Assembly (NCBI GenBank): GCA_035387745.1
Contig: DAOOON010000022.1
Location: forward strand, 1 to 8,131
Reading direction: 5' to 3'
DNA from: an archaeon
GTDB taxonomy: Archaea > Iainarchaeota > Iainarchaeia > Iainarchaeales > CSSED10-239
DNA length: 8,131 bases
In this document: positions 4,203 through 8,131 of the stretch, one piece after another
How the letters are laid out: each line of letters starts with the position of its first letter
How positions within the stretch are numbered: position 1 is the first letter of the stretch
The notes under the pieces: model-generated
Databases searched by the model: none
Seen by the model: the letters and a program-made list of their open reading frames with translations, nothing else
What the model was told of the DNA's origin: nothing
Made by a program: the position numbers and the translations under genes

Positions 4203-6794
4203 ATGAACACATCAAAGAAAATAAGAAGCATTGAATTTGGAGTATTAAGTCCTGACATGATTAGAAAGATGTCTGCTGTTGAAATCTCAAGAGCTGATAC
4301 TTATGATAAGGATGGTTATCCAATTGAAAGAGGATTAATGGATCCTCACCTTGGAATAATTTCTCCAGGACTTAGATGTAAAACTTGTGGACAAACAATG
4401 AAAGGGTGTCCAGGACACTTCGGTTCTTTAGAATTAATCAGACCAGTAATTCATCCAAAGTTTGGAGAAAAACTATATTGTGTTCTAGCTTCAACTTGTC
4501 AAGAATGTGGAAGAATGCTTCTTGAAGAAGAAGAAATAAATGAATTAATGCTAATATCAGAAGACACAGACAAATGTGTTAAAGAAATCTTAAACAGAGT
4601 AAAGGGAGAGAAGAAATGCCCACACTGTAAAGCAATAGTAAATAAAATTGCTCTTGATAAACCAACAAACTTTTTCAAGAACGGAGAAAGACTATATCCT
4701 GCAGAGATACTTGATTGGTTAGTAAAGATTCCAGATAAAGATTTATTCTTGTTTGGTTATTCAGACAAACTAAAACCACAGTGGTTTATTCTTTCAGTTT
4801 TACCAGTCTCTCCAGTTTCAATTAGACCATCGTTGTCTTTAGAAAATGTTATTACTTCTGAGGATGATTTAACCTATAAGCTTCTAGATATTGTAAGAAT
4901 AAATATTAGACTACAAGAAAATATTAACGCTGGAGCCCCACAAATAATTATTGAAGATCTTTGGGATCTTTTACAATACAATATTACAACATATATTGAT
5001 AATAACACTGCTGGCGTTCCACCCGCAAAGCAAAGATCAGGAAGACCATTAAAAACAATCGCTCAAAGACTTAAAGGAAAGAAAGGAAGATTTAGATTTA
5101 ACCTTATTGGTAAAAGAGTAAATGCTTCTGCGCGTTCAACAATCACACCAAGTGTAGATATTAAATTTAATGAACTAGGTATTCCAGAGTATGTTGCTAA
5201 CACTCTAACTGTTCCAGAAAAAGTAACGGCCTGGAATAAAGATAAATTAAAGGAATATATACTTAAAGATAAAGTTGCGTATCTTCTAACAGAAAAAGGT
5301 TTAAGAAAGATAATAAATCCAGAAAATAAAGAAGAATTAGCTGAACAATTAACAGAAGGAATGACTGTTAAAAGAAAACTACAAGATGGAGATATTGTTA
5401 TTTTTAACAGACAGCCAACACTTCACAGAGTTTCAATGATGGGGCATTATGCTAAGATTCTTCCCGGAAGAACCTTTAGACTTAACCCAATATCTTGTGA
5501 TCCATATAACGCTGACTTTGATGGAGACGATATGAATCTTCACGTACCACAAAGTGAAGAATCCTATACTGAAGTTAAAGAACTTATGATTGCAGATAAG
5601 CATGTAATAAGCATTAGAACCGGGAAACCAGTTATTGCTCCAGACCACGATCTAATATCTGGCGCTTATCTTTTAACAAGAGAAAAAACTGAGTTTTCAA
5701 GAAAAGAAGCAATGGCATTATTATATTCTATTGGAATAACAGAACTTCCTACAGCAGACAGAGGGAGGGGATATTATTCTGGTAAATTAATATTTAGTCA
5801 GATACTTCCAAAAGGTCTAAATATTGAATATAAGAACAAACTTTGTAGCATAGTTTCTAAAGCAAAAGATTGTAAAAAATGTAAAAAAGAAAAATGTGCA
5901 TATGATTGTTATCTAAAGATAGAAAAAGGAAAGATAATCTCAGGAGTAATGGATGAAAAAATGGATATGCACAAAGGTTTGATAGAAACAATATATAGAT
6001 ATTATGGTGCAGAAGAACTTGCAAACTTCTATTATAAGTTTTCAAAACTAGTATTTGCAAATATCGCTAAACAAGGTTTAACAGTTGCTCTTGATGAATA
6101 TAAAGCAAGTGAAGAATTACAAAAAGAAATAAGAGCAAAAGTAAAAGGCATGATTGCTAGTTCAAATTCAATAATTAAGAAATATGAAGATAGAAGCTTA
6201 CCACTGATACCGGGAAAGAATCTTGAAGAAACTTTCGAAAGTGAAATTCTAAAGGTTACTGGTGAAATGAAAGATAAGGTTTCAGATAAAATCTTAGAAT
6301 TAAAGCTTGATGAATTGTTTTCAGAAGTAAAGAAAGCAAATAACAACACCGCTCTTGTTGCAAGTATTGGTGGGGGTCGTGGAAGAATATTAAATGTTGT
6401 AAACATGCTTGGGCTTTGGGGGCAAGTAACTGTTAGAACAGGAAGACCAAAATCAGGATTTTCTGAAAGATTATTAAGTTCAAGTCCAAAAGGCAGTAAT
6501 CAAGTAACAGATTACGGTTTTGTTCAAAGTAATTTCTTTGATGGAATGAGTCCAAGAGAATATTTCTGTCACGCTATTGGTGGTAGACAAGGTGAAATTG
6601 ACACAGGTGTTGCAACAAAAGTATCTGGTTATCTTTACAGAAGATTATCAAATGCTCTAAAGGATCTTGTTGTTAATGATGAGTTAAAGGTCACCTCAGC
6701 AGATGGACAAGTAATACAGTTTATGTACGGAGAAGATGGTTTATCTCCAGAAAAAGCATACCTTGGAAAGAACATAAATTTTTTCAATGAGTGA
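4203..6794 (+). CDS. rpoA1: DNA-directed RNA polymerase subunit A' (Rpo1N)
   Basis: This 863-aa ORF has the Zn motifs CKTCGQTMKGCPGHFG and CQECG...CPHC, then SEDDLTYKL and RLKGKKGRFRFNLIGKRVNASARS. It also has NRQPTLHRVSMMGH, the catalytic loop YNADFDGDDMNLHVPQS, and a bridge-helix region HAIGGRQGEIDTGVATKVSGYLYRRL. It ends just after the bridge helix (FMYGEDG), the usual A'/A'' split point. Confidence 0.97.
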   Translation: MNTSKKIRSIEFGVLSPDMIRKMSAVEISRADTYDKDGYPIERGLMDPHLGIISPGLRCKTCGQTMKGCPGHFGSLELIRPVIHPKFGEKLYCVLASTCQECGRMLLEEEEINELMLISEDTDKCVKEILNRVKGEKKCPHCKAIVNKIALDKPTNFFKNGERLYPAEILDWLVKIPDKDLFLFGYSDKLKPQWFILSVLPVSPVSIRPSLSLENVITSEDDLTYKLLDIVRINIRLQENINAGAPQIIIEDLWDLLQYNITTYIDNNTAGVPPAKQRSGRPLKTIAQRLKGKKGRFRFNLIGKRVNASARSTITPSVDIKFNELGIPEYVANTLTVPEKVTAWNKDKLKEYILKDKVAYLLTEKGLRKIINPENKEELAEQLTEGMTVKRKLQDGDIVIFNRQPTLHRVSMMGHYAKILPGRTFRLNPISCDPYNADFDGDDMNLHVPQSEESYTEVKELMIADKHVISIRTGKPVIAPDHDLISGAYLLTREKTEFSRKEAMALLYSIGITELPTADRGRGYYSGKLIFSQILPKGLNIEYKNKLCSIVSKAKDCKKCKKEKCAYDCYLKIEKGKIISGVMDEKMDMHKGLIETIYRYYGAEELANFYYKFSKLVFANIAKQGLTVALDEYKASEELQKEIRAKVKGMIASSNSIIKKYEDRSLPLIPGKNLEETFESEILKVTGEMKDKVSDKILELKLDELFSEVKKANNNTALVASIGGGRGRILNVVNMLGLWGQVTVRTGRPKSGFSERLLSSSPKGSNQVTDYGFVQSNFFDGMSPREYFCHAIGGRQGEIDTGVATKVSGYLYRRLSNALKDLVVNDELKVTSADGQVIQFMYGEDGLSPEKAYLGKNINFFNE

Positions 6795-6817
6795 ATAATT
6801 TAAATGAAATTTAAAAA

Positions 6818-6821
6818 GTGA
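6818..6821 (+). promoter_or_regulatory. Shine-Dalgarno-like GTGA for rpoA2
   Basis: TTTAAAAAGTGATAAA precedes ATG 6826, leaving a 4-nt spacer. Confidence 0.5.
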
Positions 6822-6825
6822 TAAA

Positions 6826-7998
6826 ATGAAAGCATTACCAATTGCTATTGTAGAGAAAGTAGAAAAATATGCAACTATGAAAAAACTAAGCAATGATAAG
6901 AAGAAAAAACTTCTTGATGTCGTTACAAAAAGATATAATGATGGCTTAGTTGTTCCAGGAGATGCTGTGGGATTAATTGCTGCTCAGTCAATTGGTGAAC
7001 CCGGAACACAGCTAACACTTAGAACAAAGCACTATGCCGGTTCTTTGGAAGTTTCTGTTGGTCAAGGAATACAAAGAGTAATTGAGATTGTTGATGCGCG
7101 TTCACAAGCAAGATATCCATCTATGAAGATATATCTAGATAGAAACAAATTAAAGAGAGAAAAAGACGTTGATGAGTTCTGTAAAAACCTAATTGATGTT
7201 AAAGTTGGAGATGTTGGTTCTTTTGTTGAAGACTTCTCAGAAAAATTAGTTTCATTTAAATTTGATACAGAAAAAGCAGAGATTTTAGGGGTAAATCAAG
7301 AAGAAGTAATGGATTCAATATATGAAAAAATAGAAGACACATACGATTCAAAAAGATTTACGAATAACAAGCAACAGATAAATTTCCATTTTTCAAACAA
7401 AACTCCATTATACAATATTAGAAAAGCAATATTAAAATGGAATAAGATACCACTATATGGTGTAAAAGGTATAGAAAAAGCAGTTGTAATTGAAGAAAAC
7501 GGAGAAAAGCTAATACAGACAAAAGGATCAAATCTTAAAGAAGTTTTAAAAACAGAAGGCGTTGATACCTATAAAACAAAGACAAATGATATCTTTGAAA
7601 TCTACAAAGCGTTTGGTGTAGAGGCTGCTAGAGAAGCAATAGTTTCTGAATTAAAATATACATTTGATGTTAATGGAATTGTTATTAATATTAGGCACAT
7701 TTACATACTAGCAGACATGATGACTTCTTCAGGAGTAATACAAGGAGTTGTAAGAACAGGTATTACTGGAAAGAAGAAAAGTCCATTTGCAAGAGCTGCA
7801 TTTGAAGAAACAATTAAACATATTGTTGCAGCAGCATTTAACGGCGAAATTGAAGGCCTAGTTGGTATAACCGAAAACATAATTGTTGGTCAGCCAATTT
7901 CTGCAGGAACGGGAAAGGTTAGATTGACTTTAGATGCTAAAGGCCTTGAAAAGATGATAAAAGCCAAGGCTTTACAGGATAAGAAAAAAGAAGAGTAG
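6826..7998 (+). CDS. rpoA2: DNA-directed RNA polymerase subunit A'' (Rpo1C)
   Basis: This 390-aa ORF has the trigger-loop region [28 protein letters not shown]...RVIEIVDAR. Its C-terminal motifs are [42 protein letters not shown] and [14 protein letters not shown]. Confidence 0.97.
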   Translation: MKALPIAIVEKVEKYATMKKLSNDKKKKLLDVVTKRYNDGLVVPGDAVGLIAAQSIGEPGTQLTLRTKHYAGSLEVSVGQGIQRVIEIVDARSQARYPSMKIYLDRNKLKREKDVDEFCKNLIDVKVGDVGSFVEDFSEKLVSFKFDTEKAEILGVNQEEVMDSIYEKIEDTYDSKRFTNNKQQINFHFSNKTPLYNIRKAILKWNKIPLYGVKGIEKAVVIEENGEKLIQTKGSNLKEVLKTEGVDTYKTKTNDIFEIYKAFGVEAAREAIVSELKYTFDVNGIVINIRHIYILADMMTSSGVIQGVVRTGITGKKKSPFARAAFEETIKHIVAAAFNGEIEGLVGITENIIVGQPISAGTGKVRLTLDAKGLEKMIKAKALQDKKKEE

Positions 7999-8007
7999 TT
8001 TATAATA

Positions 8008-8012
8008 TTTTT
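8008..8012 (+). terminator. Oligo-T tract (T5), candidate archaeal terminator after rpoA2
   Basis: TTTTT lies 10 nt after the TAG stop at 7996-7998, and archaeal termination uses oligo-T signals. Similar T runs also occur inside the operon, so specificity is low. Confidence 0.25.
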
Positions 8013-8021
8013 GTAGCTAAA

Positions 8022-8030
8022 ATATATATA
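8022..8030 (+). promoter_or_regulatory. TATA-like ATATATATA, candidate internal promoter for the downstream gene
   Basis: It lies about 60-70 nt upstream of ATG 8091, so an expected start near 8050 would leave a leader of about 40 nt containing the GAGG at 8077-8080. The A+T-rich background makes this weak. Confidence 0.25.
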
Positions 8031-8076
8031 ATTTTAGATATTAAAAAAGATGTGCAAGACAAAGTAAATTAAATAA

Positions 8077-8080
8077 GAGG
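8077..8080 (+). promoter_or_regulatory. Shine-Dalgarno-like GAGG for the downstream ORF
   Basis: AAGAGGATGAAACAAT precedes ATG 8091. GAGG pairs with the CCUC part of the anti-SD. After register correction the spacing equals that of the GTGA motifs in the operon. Confidence 0.4.
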
Positions 8081-8090
8081 ATGAAACAAT

Positions 8091-8131
8091 ATGAATTGGA
8101 CAAGATTCAATCAAGAATTAAGAAACACAAT
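8091..8131 (+). CDS. 5' end of a downstream ORF (partial), possibly ribosomal protein L30e
   Basis: MNWTRFNQELRNT... continues to the window edge. The F-x-x-E-L-R pattern resembles the N-terminus of archaeal L30e (T. celer MVDFAFELRKA...), and rpl30e follows rpoA2 in many archaeal genomes. Only 13 codons are visible, and ATG 8081 in another frame is also open. Confidence 0.35.
   Translation, partial: MNWTRFNQELRNT

Noticed and set aside
5433-6406. Three reverse-strand ORFs (5433-5648, 5857-6060, 6032-6406) inside rpoA1
   Set aside because: They are antisense to a well-supported CDS. The longest, at 124 aa, is Ser/Phe/Leu-rich low complexity, as expected from the complement of Glu/Lys/Ser codons, and there is no start context.
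6804-6821. Mini-ORF MKFKK* in the rpoA1-rpoA2 spacer
   Set aside because: It has five codons and no SD, and its stop codon is simply the GTGA ribosome-binding motif of rpoA2. It is a chance ATG in A+T-rich spacer.
8081-8131. Alternative downstream start ATG 8081 (MKQYELDKIQSRIKKHN...)
   Set aside because: The GAGG motif directly abuts this ATG with no spacer. The 8091 frame has proper SD spacing and an L30e-like F-x-x-E-L-R N-terminus. The question cannot be fully settled with only 51 nt visible.
1-8131. Novel defence, toxin-antitoxin, mobile-element or other accessory system
   Set aside because: Every long ORF is a recognisable RNA polymerase subunit in canonical operon order. There are no integrase, transposase or nuclease genes, no terminal inverted repeats and no unexplained large ORFs. 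The only uncharacterised coding capacity is the partial ORFs at the two edges and a doubtful 37-codon ORF.

Overview
The window is almost entirely filled by a + strand archaeal DNA-directed RNA polymerase core operon in the canonical order rpoH, rpoB2 (B''), rpoB1 (B'), rpoA1 (A'), rpoA2 (A''). The five genes are separated by short spacers of 49, 24, 21 and 31 nt, and each start codon is preceded by a GGTG/GTGA Shine-Dalgarno-like motif. Subunits A and B are both split, rpoH leads the operon, and a probable L30e start follows it; together these mark the sequence as archaeal. The DNA is strongly A+T-rich and Arg is almost always AGA. Many near-invariant polymerase motifs are substituted, which by inference suggests a fast-evolving, small-genome lineage (DPANN-like or similar), but I cannot assign taxonomy from sequence alone. 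I see no CRISPR array, mobile element, tRNA/rRNA, toxin or defence gene, so I do not think this window holds a novel accessory system; it is a core housekeeping locus. Four things deserve a second look. (1) RpoH has a 71-residue acidic-then-basic N-terminal extension. (2) The catalytic core carries unusual substitutions: Leu replaces Glu in the metal-B ED pair of B', the R766-type motif is rewritten, A' reads NADFDGDDMN, and the bridge helix is divergent. (3) The 236-nt upstream intergenic region has a duplicated TATA-like 11-mer, a duplicated 16/17-nt motif and a small G+C-richer island. (4) The boundary after rpoA2 has terminator-like and promoter-like elements. All motif comparisons come from remembered reference sequences (yeast Rpb1/Rpb2, E. 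coli beta/beta', M. jannaschii RpoH, T. celer L30e) and need alignment-based confirmation.
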